Shown piece after piece: positions 1-8,770 of a stretch of DNA of 59,359 nucleotides (position 1 is the stretch's first letter; the number at the start of each line of letters is the position of its first letter). Position numbers and translations under genes: made by a program. Under the pieces are notes generated by a model that saw only the letters and a program-made list of their open reading frames with translations, was not told where the DNA came from and searched no databases. Source of the stretch: Chlamydiia bacterium (GTDB lineage: Bacteria; Chlamydiota; Chlamydiia; Chlamydiales; FEN-1388); NCBI GenBank assembly GCA_903848235.1, contig CAINFV010000165.1, positions 1 to 59,359 of the forward strand. Reading direction: 5' to 3'.

Positions 1-157
1 CCAAAAGGGTCTTGAATCTTGTAGGTGAGACGCCTCCACGCGAATCGACAGCAGAGCTGCTAGGCTGTCGTATCTAGACAACCGTTCACAATGGCCTGAA
101 AGGGCTATATGTCCACAATTGTCCAGATTTTTAGAAGCGGCGGATATTTACCGCGCC

Positions 158-1471
158 CTACACACGTTTCTTCTCGACGTGCTGCAGTGATGTCTCGATC
201 TCCAGTACAGTAGCTGCACGATCGTCAGCCGGTGATAGAGGCTTATGGGAAAATCGCGCTTTCGCCTCTGTGGCAAAGGCAAGGGCAAAAAGCCCAAGAA
301 GAATGACGATAACCGCATTTCTCAAGCCTGCATGGCGTGTAAGATGAGGAGCAAAGCGTTTGATGCCAACCCAGAGCATGATCAACGGTACAATGCCGTT
401 GAGAATGGTATCGCCAAATCCCCCCGATACATCCAAGGCGATGATGAACACTCTTTCATAGCTAATGGCAAAAATAAGAGATGGAACGAGGACTAGGAGT
501 CCGAGCGCTACAGCACCTTTTCCTTTCTTACTGATGCTCAAGCCGTCGCTTAAAAAGTCAAACAGTCCGATGCCGATGCCAAAAAACGATGTGACAAGGG
601 CAAAAAGAGCGAAGACAGAAGCGGCAAGGGGAATCCATGCCGAATGGGACAACTTCCCAAGGCAAAAGGTGGCGGGCTCTCCTTCCGCAAACGCTTGCAA
701 TAATCCTGTTTCTCCTTCTAAAGGGACACTCCCATACACCACAAACTGCCATAATCCATAGACGAGAAAAGCAATTGTTGTTCCTAAAACAACGGCGACC
801 CGTAATGACTTTTTGTCATGGTCGAGGAAGGGGTGGAGGCTTGGCACCATGGTCTGGAAGCTAAAGGCAGTGATAAGAAGCGGGACGGCAAGGTATGCCT
901 GATTCCAGTCTCCACGCATCAGATAGTCTGTGCGGACTAAGGTGACGCCAATTCCAATAATAAAGGCATACGCGACAATCATCAGAATGAAGAGAAGGTC
1001 GTTAGCTCTCCCAAGGATATACCGAGGGCCGAGGAGAAAAGGGCCAAACATAAGGACAAAGAGCCAGCATCCGATGCTCTTAGGAACGTCAGTATCAAAG
1101 AGATCTGACAGAGCAGCTGATAATAGATGTCCGCATCCTGCGGTATACGCTGTCAGCGAGGCGTAGGAGATAAAGAGAAACAAGCACCACATTACCCCTT
1201 TTCCCCATTCTCCTAGGATCGTTGATGCCATGGTGATGATATGCGCATCACTTTTTTTCATCCAAAACCCTATCTCGACGAGGCATAGCGCTGTGATCGT
1301 CATGATGATGAAGACAATAATCATGAGGGAGAGGCTTGGGATAAGGCCTGCTGGAGCCCCTGCCACAGGAAGAGCGAGCATGCCCCCTCCGATACAGGTG
1401 CCGGCGACGAGAAGGGCTCCTGTGAATGTTCTTGGAGCAAGGCCAAGCCAGGTAGAGAGTTTTGAAATCAT
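158..1471 (-). CDS. tyrP: Aromatic amino acid permease, HAAAP family (TyrP/Mtr-like)
   Basis: ORF 158..1705 is trimmed to the internal ATG at 1469-1471 (MISKLSTWLG...), because the 5' extension overlaps the 3' end of the upstream peptidase gene. It is a multi-TM protein. Its N-terminal signature 'LLVAGTCIGGGMLALPVA' and overall layout resemble E. coli TyrP/Mtr. Confidence 0.75.
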   Translation of the reverse strand: MISKLSTWLGLAPRTFTGALLVAGTCIGGGMLALPVAGAPAGLIPSLSLMIIVFIIMTITALCLVEIGFWMKKSDAHIITMASTILGEWGKGVMWCLFLFISYASLTAYTAGCGHLLSAALSDLFDTDVPKSIGCWLFVLMFGPFLLGPRYILGRANDLLFILMIVAYAFIIGIGVTLVRTDYLMRGDWNQAYLAVPLLITAFSFQTMVPSLHPFLDHDKKSLRVAVVLGTTIAFLVYGLWQFVVYGSVPLEGETGLLQAFAEGEPATFCLGKLSHSAWIPLAASVFALFALVTSFFGIGIGLFDFLSDGLSISKKGKGAVALGLLVLVPSLIFAISYERVFIIALDVSGGFGDTILNGIVPLIMLWVGIKRFAPHLTRHAGLRNAVIVILLGLFALAFATEAKARFSHKPLSPADDRAATVLEIETSLQHVEKKRV

Positions 1472-1505
1472 AAAATAATTCTTACATTGTGGCGTATTGT
1501 TTGTT

Positions 1506-1525
1506 GAGGCCTTTGCAAAAGGCTC
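1506..1525. repeat. Imperfect palindrome GAGGCCTTTGCAAAAGGCTC downstream of the peptidase gene
   Basis: It is an intergenic hairpin between the stop at 1608 and the start at 1471. It is a variant of the perfect palindrome at 57250..57269. Confidence 0.4.
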
Positions 1526-1607
1526 TGTTGTCAAACAATTGTACGTGAGTTGCCTAGAGTGGAGCAAGCTCTCTTTAGCTATCTTTAGGCTCCAGTCCCT
1601 AAGTCTC

Positions 1608-2795
1608 TTACGTGAATAGGCAGCGAATAGCGTCTGGCGCTTTTCCAAAGATAGAGCATCCAGTGCGAGAGTCGATGAGGACATTACATTCCAGGCGAAT
1701 CCCAAAGAGAGTTGGAAGATAGATGCCAGGCTCTATTGAATAGCAGCCATTTTGGATGAGATGGCGGCCATCACGAGTCTCGTAGTTATCGAGATTTGCT
1801 CCTGGACCATGGACATCAAGAAAAATATTGTGCCCTGTCCTATGGGTGAAATAATTTCCAAATCCACGAGAGTCGATGATATACCTGCACGCCATGTCGA
1901 CTTCCGCCCCAGGGATGGCGCATCCATTTTGGAGACATGTATCGATAAAACGAATGGCGGTGTCCTGTGCCTCACGAACAACGGCGAAGATTTTTTGGGC
2001 GATTTCAGGGGGCTTGCGGCCGGTGAATGCTACTTGTGCGAAGTCTGCATATGGGGCGTTGGGATCATTCATTTTGCACCAGGCGTCAATGAGCACTAAG
2101 CTGTCAGCTTTGATAAGAGTGTCATCCGATACGTGGTGAGGGATAATCGAATTTTGGCCGACAGCGACGATGGGAGGGCTGTCAAAGCAGGCTTTTTCAT
2201 CATGAATGATTTTGACGAGGAACTCTTGAAGATTTTTCTCTGTCACATGATTGCTGCTGGCAAGACGCTGCTTCAGCCATTCCCAGCCATGTTCGAAGGC
2301 CTTCCCAAGGACCTGCACAGCATCGCGATAGTGATCTTTTTGTATTGGTGAGAAGTGGCCTATGAGTTCGGAGAGGAGTGGCCAGGAGCTGACAATATGG
2401 ACGCCTTGGCGTTCTAACCACTCTTTGGTGCTTGCATCAAGAATAGACTGTGAGGGAAGTAACTCTGAAGGCCAATATTCCATAGCCACCGTCTGCCCAG
2501 GTCGAAGAAGAGAGAACAATATTGCATCGAGTTCACGCCATGAGGAATAGAAGATGGTCTTGCCAATAAAATACCCTGCCAACTGCTCATCGACCTTATG
2601 AATAATTTTGATCGGCTCTCCGACCGTTGGCACCCAGTAGAAAAATCGCCGAGACAGCATCGTAGACTCTGGAAGACCGAGCAGGTCTAAAATCGTTTTG
2701 TTTCTGCCTCTGTAGTCGTAGAAGAGCCATCCGTCAATATGACGTTTTTCAGAGAGGACTTCTTGAACATGCGATACAACTATTCGTGATGTCAT
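1608..2795 (-). CDS. M24-family metallopeptidase (Xaa-Pro aminopeptidase/prolidase-like)
   Basis: 395-aa ORF. The C-terminal half carries the pita-bread fold motifs 'LIDAWC...', 'HRTGHNIFLDVHGPG' and 'YSIEPGIY...IRLE' typical of M24B peptidases. Confidence 0.7.
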   Translation of the reverse strand: MTSRIVVSHVQEVLSEKRHIDGWLFYDYRGRNKTILDLLGLPESTMLSRRFFYWVPTVGEPIKIIHKVDEQLAGYFIGKTIFYSSWRELDAILFSLLRPGQTVAMEYWPSELLPSQSILDASTKEWLERQGVHIVSSWPLLSELIGHFSPIQKDHYRDAVQVLGKAFEHGWEWLKQRLASSNHVTEKNLQEFLVKIIHDEKACFDSPPIVAVGQNSIIPHHVSDDTLIKADSLVLIDAWCKMNDPNAPYADFAQVAFTGRKPPEIAQKIFAVVREAQDTAIRFIDTCLQNGCAIPGAEVDMACRYIIDSRGFGNYFTHRTGHNIFLDVHGPGANLDNYETRDGRHLIQNGCYSIEPGIYLPTLFGIRLECNVLIDSRTGCSIFGKAPDAIRCLFT

Positions 2796-2928
2796 ACTGC
2801 TACACGGGGTAAAAAGGGTTTTCCGTTCGGCATTTTTGCCGCGTTGTTCACTATAATGTTTTTCTTATAACCCAAGTTACTACCAATTCGCTAGTGTCAT
2901 ATTTCCTAGCGCTTGACGCTGGCGCTTT

Positions 2929-4677
2929 CTATCTATAGATCGATGACAATAGCGCGCCGGCAGCTCGCGTTCTGAGAACGGGCGAAGTGTCGAAGAGAAG
3001 AGGGATGAGGAAGGCCTTTGTACGTGAAGCTGGGAGGCAGCCGAAGCCGAGGATAATAGCCTCTTTGCCTTCTCGAGATGCCTTTTCATATTGTTCTGCC
3101 AAGGTAGATGCTGCCAGCTGAGATTGGGAGATGATGGTGAGGAGGAGAGCTGCTTGTATGCGGACGACTTCTGTCTCATGGGAGAGAAGAGGAGAGAGGA
3201 TCTCATCGAGGGAGTGGCCAAACTCTTGAAAGAGAAATGTCGCTGCAGCTGCCGTTATCCCCCAGCCACGGTCGCCTAGCATCGCTTCTACTTCCTGCCG
3301 TGGGATAGGTTGCTCCGCGTAGCAGCGAAGGGAGAGCAGCTGAAGGCGGAGGAAAAGGTCTTGGGATTCTGGGAGCCGAGGAAACGCAGGGTGATGGGGT
3401 AGGCGCGAGGCGCCAAGCCATGTGAAGATGCCGTCGGCATGCTCTCCGAGGAGAGTTGACGTCGATGAGAGAGCAGTGCGTAAGATGTCGGAGGCTTCGG
3501 GGATCTGTGTTCGATGATAGAGAAGGTATTGGGCAAGATTTATTTTTGTGAGCGGCTCCTGGACTTTTGTGATGAGAGCTGCTGCCAGGGTGATTCCCCG
3601 CTGCCCAGATTTGATCAGGTGGGAAGTAGCGATCAGGGCTTTTTCCCTTGGTAAGGTAATAAGCGCCTGTTCAAACCAAACAGAAGCGTCATGCTGGGCA
3701 TCTTCATGAGAAGAGATGAGCATCGCCCATGCAGCGACAGCGGCAATATCAAAAGAGGGGGCTTGGAGGTGGCTTCTCCACGAGGCGATGAGCTGTTCTG
3801 ACGCTTCAGGGATGAGAGGCTGCCAGAGCCCTAAGGTTTGAAAAGAGCACTTTTTGACATTTCCCGACGGGTCGGAAAGAAGAGGGAGAAGACATGCTAG
3901 CCCTTCTTTTGTAGGGGCTGCTAGAACTGATGAGGCGGCAAGAGCTCTGACTGCAGGCCGTGGATCTACAACAGCACGCTGCAGCCATGCGAGATCGACT
4001 TCATCTTTAAGGCTGGAGAGGAGAGACGCCACTTCTACCTGATCTTCTTCTGATAGCGTATCGTCGACGAGGAGAGAGGTGAGGATCTTTTCTGCTGATA
4101 AGGCCTTCTGTGCCGCGAGCAGACGTGCAGCGGCGAGCTTTGCTTCTGGAATGTCGCACTGCGCTATCTGTTCTGCCTCTTTTTGGATTGGCTCATCAGG
4201 ATAGCTGGCAGCTAGCTGCAGAGCGATCTGCTGGATCCCTTGATGGGGGTCGGTGACCATTGTCTTGAGGATGTGCATTCCTCGAACATCTTGGCTTTCT
4301 GCTGCCGCGATGAGAGCTTCGGCGCGCATCCTCGGATGGTAGGATCGGGAGGCAGATTCGATATTCACCCAGGCGATGTGTTCGAGGGTAGCTTGGGGGA
4401 GTGAGCACTGCCCTTTTTCTTGTGTTTTTTCGTACAGGATCCTCATGCCCTCGATGTCATTGATTTCTGCAAGGTAGTCAAAGAGGAGGGAGATGATCTC
4501 TGGGTTTTGGATAAAGTCTTTATCGGAGCGCTGTATCTCTTCGAGGAGGATATGTGTCTCTCGTGTGTCATGGAGCGCCAGGGAAAGGAGGATCTTCTCT
4601 TTTTGTGTTGTCTCGGGAAAAAGAGAGGCGGCGCTACACAGTGCTATGGCTGCAAGAGCTCGTACACCCCATAGCAT
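2929..4677 (-). CDS. HEAT/ARM-like repeat protein, function unknown
   Basis: All-helical ORF with recurring '..P.VR..AA..L..' units (DPRPAVRALAASSVL, ETEVVRIQAALLLT, TSPVLRTRAAGALL). The start is uncertain. The ATG at 4677 lies 4 nt after the HIT stop, while the ORF-track start at 4740 would overlap HIT by 59 nt. Confidence 0.45.
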   Translation of the reverse strand: MLWGVRALAAIALCSAASLFPETTQKEKILLSLALHDTRETHILLEEIQRSDKDFIQNPEIISLLFDYLAEINDIEGMRILYEKTQEKGQCSLPQATLEHIAWVNIESASRSYHPRMRAEALIAAAESQDVRGMHILKTMVTDPHQGIQQIALQLAASYPDEPIQKEAEQIAQCDIPEAKLAAARLLAAQKALSAEKILTSLLVDDTLSEEDQVEVASLLSSLKDEVDLAWLQRAVVDPRPAVRALAASSVLAAPTKEGLACLLPLLSDPSGNVKKCSFQTLGLWQPLIPEASEQLIASWRSHLQAPSFDIAAVAAWAMLISSHEDAQHDASVWFEQALITLPREKALIATSHLIKSGQRGITLAAALITKVQEPLTKINLAQYLLYHRTQIPEASDILRTALSSTSTLLGEHADGIFTWLGASRLPHHPAFPRLPESQDLFLRLQLLSLRCYAEQPIPRQEVEAMLGDRGWGITAAAATFLFQEFGHSLDEILSPLLSHETEVVRIQAALLLTIISQSQLAASTLAEQYEKASREGKEAIILGFGCLPASRTKAFLIPLLFDTSPVLRTRAAGALLSSIYR

Positions 4678-4681
4678 ATGG

Positions 4682-5017
4682 TTATCCCAATGCACCAAGA
4701 GGTCGACCTCCGAGAAGATGGAAATGAATATGGTAGACAAGCTGCCCCGATTCTTTTCCGCTATTTGTGATCACGCGGTAGCTGTTCTGAATGCCAAGCT
4801 GCTGTGCTATCTTCCGTGCAACGGTCAGGCATTCGCCGAGGACTGCTTCATCCTCGTCAGAGGCTCCTGCGAGGTTTGGTATGAGTTTTTTGGGAACGAT
4901 GAGGACATGCACCGGGGCTTGAGGGGCGATATCATGGAAGGCGAGGATCCTTTCATTTTCAAACACCTTCTTGCAGGGGAGCTTGCCTTCAATAATCTGT
5001 CCGAAAACGGTACTCAT
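4682..5017 (-). CDS. HIT-family (histidine triad) nucleotide hydrolase
   Basis: 111-aa ORF with the histidine triad 'HIHFHLLGG' and the N-terminal 'IFGQIIEGKLP' motif. Its start overlaps the upstream gene's stop by 4 nt (ATGA), which suggests an operon. Confidence 0.85.
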   Translation of the reverse strand: MSTVFGQIIEGKLPCKKVFENERILAFHDIAPQAPVHVLIVPKKLIPNLAGASDEDEAVLGECLTVARKIAQQLGIQNSYRVITNSGKESGQLVYHIHFHLLGGRPLGALG

Positions 5018-5925
5018 TTATGACGTCCTTCTTTTTCTTTTCGCAAAAGGGTAAAGACACGCTCTACAGCAGCCAGAGCAGCCTCTTTTGTCTTCCATAC
5101 CGAGATAAACCTGCCCTTATGACAGAATACAGCATCAGGAATCCCGGAGACGCTCTCTAGATCCTTATCCATGAGGCCTGCCCAAGCGGCGGGAAGGGGC
5201 AGGCGAACGCGCATCCTCTCGTCATTCGTCGGCGGGATGCCGCGTAGTTTCCATTGGCCTGCAATTGGCATGATGATGAACTTAGCCGGGTGTCGCTCTC
5301 CTCCGAGTTCGAAGAAGGAGTCTATCCAAGGGACATGGTGCTCAAAGAGGAGGTATTCTTTCCCCGTGCTCATGACTTTTTGAACCTCTCCGCGAGCAGA
5401 TTGATTGTAGCGGTAGCGATCGAGGAGTCTTGAGAGGTGTCCTGCTGCGAATTCTACAGCGGAAATATAGGCGGCATAGAGGTCTTCGGTGGAAGCTTCA
5501 TAGTAGATGGGGTTGAAATTGGAGATGACATGTGAGAAGAGGCAGTAGCCAGGAAGCTGAGGGTCTTTGCCGTTGTCATGGGCGTCGATCCCTCTGATGA
5601 GGGAGTTGATGAGGAAGTCGGCCTCTTTCTGTTGAAGCAGTTTTGTTGAGCGAAGGTATTCGAGGATCATTCCTGCTGAGCTTAGGAAGCCTACATAATC
5701 GACTTGATGGTGGTCAAACCGTTTTACCTCCGGTTCGTAAAGCCCCCCAACGTCGCAGACGTATTCACAGCGGTTGAGAATGGTGGTGTCACGTGTTCGG
5801 AAAATCTTGTCTTTGTCGATAAGGCCAAGGACAAGGAGCATAGCACATGCTGTGACGTCATCAGCATGGAATGTCCCATCATGGGTACCGAAAGAGCGTG
5901 GAGCGATCGTGTGTTCTTCGTGCAT
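5014..5925 (-). CDS. MYG1/UPF0160-family metal-dependent hydrolase
   Basis: 303 aa. 'GTHDGTFHADDVTACAML...CDVGG.Y.....RFDHHQ' matches the conserved N-terminal motifs of the MYG1 family. Confidence 0.75.
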   Translation of the reverse strand: MHEEHTIAPRSFGTHDGTFHADDVTACAMLLVLGLIDKDKIFRTRDTTILNRCEYVCDVGGLYEPEVKRFDHHQVDYVGFLSSAGMILEYLRSTKLLQQKEADFLINSLIRGIDAHDNGKDPQLPGYCLFSHVISNFNPIYYEASTEDLYAAYISAVEFAAGHLSRLLDRYRYNQSARGEVQKVMSTGKEYLLFEHHVPWIDSFFELGGERHPAKFIIMPIAGQWKLRGIPPTNDERMRVRLPLPAAWAGLMDKDLESVSGIPDAVFCHKGRFISVWKTKEAALAAVERVFTLLRKEKEGRHK

Positions 5926-6152
5926 CGTAGCCTATCGGATGTTGATCGAGCCCGAGTTTATACGTTTTGAAACGTCATTATCAATGAGGGGGGTGTTTTT
6001 AGGCCAAACAGAACAACGGATTACGTAAAAAATGCGATCAGGCCCAAGGCGGCTGCCAATTTCCTATGTTATCAAAAAATATTGACTAATATTGAAGGCG
6101 GGGGATAAAGCGAGGAGGTAGATGTAAAGTTATTCTCGAAGGGAGGTTGGAT

Positions 6153-8756
6153 ATGGCAGAGACTGATATGCCCTATGCAGGGCTTGAACCAATGGAAGTC
6201 TCTATTCCAGTGACGGAAGGGGTTAAGAGAGAGGCGGATCAAAAAGGTGACCTAGCAGGGCATGAGGTAGTTGCAAAACGAGTACGATCGTCTGCGCCAG
6301 CTGCTGAAGAAAAAAGAATCGGAAGAAAAGAAATTGATAGTGCTTTTGCTGTGTGGGGAGCTCGGCCAGAAGATGAGGCGGCAATCCAATCTGTGATGGA
6401 AATTTTTGAAAAAATGCCCGTTGTGGGGGGGAGTATATTGCCACCGCTTGAAAAAGTGACGAAATCAATGCGTGAGCGGACGGCGAAAGGAAAAAGACCA
6501 TCAAAGGCGAGGGCAAAAAAAACGTCTGAAACGTTTAAGGCTGCTTGTATTGACCGCTGTCTTCGTGCTCTTGATGAAGCATCTGACCCTAACGACGCAA
6601 AATCTTCAGAAGAAACGGCCAAGATGGCCCCTTTTGTGGCTCGTGTTATCGAAGGGATGAAAAAAATTTCCACGAGCGACGAAATTACTGCCGCTTACTT
6701 GGCGTTAAAAGGGAGGAAGCTCGAGGAGCTGGAAGAAGATCCTTTATTGACATTCGTTCATCTCATTGAACAGAGGAGCTGCGAGAAGTGTCTACGGGAG
6801 GAGGAGAGAAAAATTTCAAGCACTGTTGCTCTTGTCATGGACAAAAAAGCCGCCGGTCAGGTTTTGACTGAAAAGGAGCTCTCAGAAGTTTTGGTTTCTT
6901 TTTTTCCTTTTGAAGCTAAAAAAATACTCGCAGAGGTATTGCCAAAAGGAGCATCCCTTGACAGTCCCCAAAATCGAGCATTGGTTCATGATTATTTGGC
7001 ACGCCTCGGTGGGGAAGAACTTACAAGGAGGATTCGCTACCCTTCTACTATGAGAATTTGGGATGCGTACCTAAAAGCGGGCGTCGAAATTCCAGAGACA
7101 TTTATGCCTCACATTGATTCCCTTCTTGAGTATGCCATAGGGAATAAATCTCTTAATGCAGGGTTGCACACCATTCCTGAAGATGCGAGAACAAAAGCCC
7201 AAGAGATAGTCCATGACATTTCGTATTATACCACCGAAGAGGGTTGTGAAATAAGGCCAATTGTAGCTACTGCTCGATCATTACAAGAAATTCCCTCCAT
7301 GCGCCAGCTACATGATTCAATAGGTGTCTTTACAGGTGAGACAGAAAAATTTGAAGGGCTTGTTTTAAGGCCGCTCATAGAAAAACAAAAGAGGGGGGAA
7401 ATACCTCCTGAGCTTCAGACATTGATAGACGCTCTGGCAGTTGATGAGGACCATGTGAGATCCGAGGTGATCTTCTCACCCAGCCGGGCTAGAGACTTAG
7501 AGGCGTTGGAAACGTTTTTGTCAGAGGTAAAGGCTGGGGCTCGAGTAGGATTTCCAGCTATATTAGGAGAAATTGATGTTTATATAAATTTTACAAGAGT
7601 GTGTCGAGAACAGCAGCGCTCGATGACGGAAGCGCTTCAAAACGCAGAGGCACTTTACATTCCTAAAGAGGCAAAGTTAACTCTGCGCCAGACGTGGTTT
7701 TTGACTCATTTTGCGAAGCTGCATTCAGAATATATTCAACATTTGCCAGTTAGTCAATCTCCTCGTGTGGGTGAGTTGCGTGCAGATATGGCTCAAATGA
7801 GTACGTGTGTGGAGTTTATGGGTCGGTTTGACGAGTTACCTGCCTACTTTCCAGGTGATATTATTCTGACTAACGCGCGTATCGAAGATGCTGTCAAGGG
7901 AAGGCCGCATGAAGAAGGCTACTGGAGCGCTGCAAAAGAGTTGGTGGGCAAATGGAGTGTCCCGCATCAAGCTGTAAACGCTGGGTATAATCACGCCGCT
8001 CCAGTTGTCTCTGATTCTCTTGAAAAACACCCAGAACGCGCCGTCTCTGAAGGCCCGTTTCCCGCGACTTTTGATATGAATATGAGATACGGGATGGTTG
8101 TTGGGAGTACTTCTGTTGAAAGTTATATAATTGAGGAGTCTTTTCATCCTGTTTTGACCAAAATTGTTCTTCCACAGACCCTTGAAATGCTGAAGGCGGT
8201 CTGGGGAACCCAAGATTTGGCTATCATAGAGCAGAAGTTACAAGACATGTACAGAACATGTGTTGCTCAGGCGGCCAAGGAGATTATGGGGCGAAAAGGG
8301 AGATTTGTAGAGAATGAAAGGATTATGCTGCGTACGTATGTGAATAGTTGGGTAGATTTTTTTCTAAGAAGCACTGTCTATGCAACGAGGGAAATGCGAA
8401 AGGTTTTTCGTGCTAAGAGGACCGGTGTCCGGCCGCCTAAAATGAGGGGCGAGGAATTTCAGCAGATTATCCTTCCGAAGGAAGTAGGAGATCAGACAGT
8501 ACCCTTTACGTGTGCTAGGCATACTGCGACATTGGTGTGTCTCGCACAAGAAAAATTGAATCAACAAATTTCGCTTCTTGTGGACGGCGGTCCTGATTCG
8601 GTGTGTTTATTTGCGACGTTTCCTCCGGAATATCCCGCTCGATCTATTATGCCGCTTGATATCCGTGAACTTAGTGCGGCCACATATGAGCACTCTCAGC
8701 GTCCTTTAGTAATACGGCAGTTTGTGCACATTCCTGACGAGCTTCGCGGGCAGTAG
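6153..8756 (+). CDS. Large hypothetical protein (about 867 aa), no recognisable domain
   Basis: Long uninterrupted ORF. The ATG at 6153 sits 6 nt after the GGGAGG box at 6141-6146 (the ORF track begins at TTG 6147). It has a Lys/Glu-rich N-terminal region. I recognise no motif. Confidence 0.6.
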   Translation: MAETDMPYAGLEPMEVSIPVTEGVKREADQKGDLAGHEVVAKRVRSSAPAAEEKRIGRKEIDSAFAVWGARPEDEAAIQSVMEIFEKMPVVGGSILPPLEKVTKSMRERTAKGKRPSKARAKKTSETFKAACIDRCLRALDEASDPNDAKSSEETAKMAPFVARVIEGMKKISTSDEITAAYLALKGRKLEELEEDPLLTFVHLIEQRSCEKCLREEERKISSTVALVMDKKAAGQVLTEKELSEVLVSFFPFEAKKILAEVLPKGASLDSPQNRALVHDYLARLGGEELTRRIRYPSTMRIWDAYLKAGVEIPETFMPHIDSLLEYAIGNKSLNAGLHTIPEDARTKAQEIVHDISYYTTEEGCEIRPIVATARSLQEIPSMRQLHDSIGVFTGETEKFEGLVLRPLIEKQKRGEIPPELQTLIDALAVDEDHVRSEVIFSPSRARDLEALETFLSEVKAGARVGFPAILGEIDVYINFTRVCREQQRSMTEALQNAEALYIPKEAKLTLRQTWFLTHFAKLHSEYIQHLPVSQSPRVGELRADMAQMSTCVEFMGRFDELPAYFPGDIILTNARIEDAVKGRPHEEGYWSAAKELVGKWSVPHQAVNAGYNHAAPVVSDSLEKHPERAVSEGPFPATFDMNMRYGMVVGSTSVESYIIEESFHPVLTKIVLPQTLEMLKAVWGTQDLAIIEQKLQDMYRTCVAQAAKEIMGRKGRFVENERIMLRTYVNSWVDFFLRSTVYATREMRKVFRAKRTGVRPPKMRGEEFQQIILPKEVGDQTVPFTCARHTATLVCLAQEKLNQQISLLVDGGPDSVCLFATFPPEYPARSIMPLDIRELSAATYEHSQRPLVIRQFVHIPDELRGQ

Positions 8757-8770
8757 GCGAAACGGGCGTC

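Noticed and set aside
1-100. Weak resemblance between the reverse complement of the window start (..GCTCTGCTGTCG..CGTCTCACCTACAAG) and the window end (59290..59359: ..GCTCTGCTCGTGG..CTCCTCACCTATAG), which could indicate inverted copies of an element.
   Set aside because: Only short blocks match, with many indels. This cannot be distinguished from chance without an alignment tool.
1472-1705. 5' extension of the tyrP-like ORF (78 extra codons).
   Set aside because: It overlaps the 3' end of the M24 peptidase gene and has no similarity to permease N-termini. The internal ATG at 1471 gives a canonical start.
4493-5023. 176-aa plus-strand ORF.
   Set aside because: It is antisense to the HIT gene and the start of the HEAT-repeat gene.
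7806-7826. Other CX5R matches: CVEFMGR in the 867-aa protein here, and CGVLSSR in the 1314-aa protein.
   Set aside because: These are bare C-x5-R matches without the S/K/D positions of phosphatase P-loops, and they sit in helix-like context. Such matches are expected by chance.
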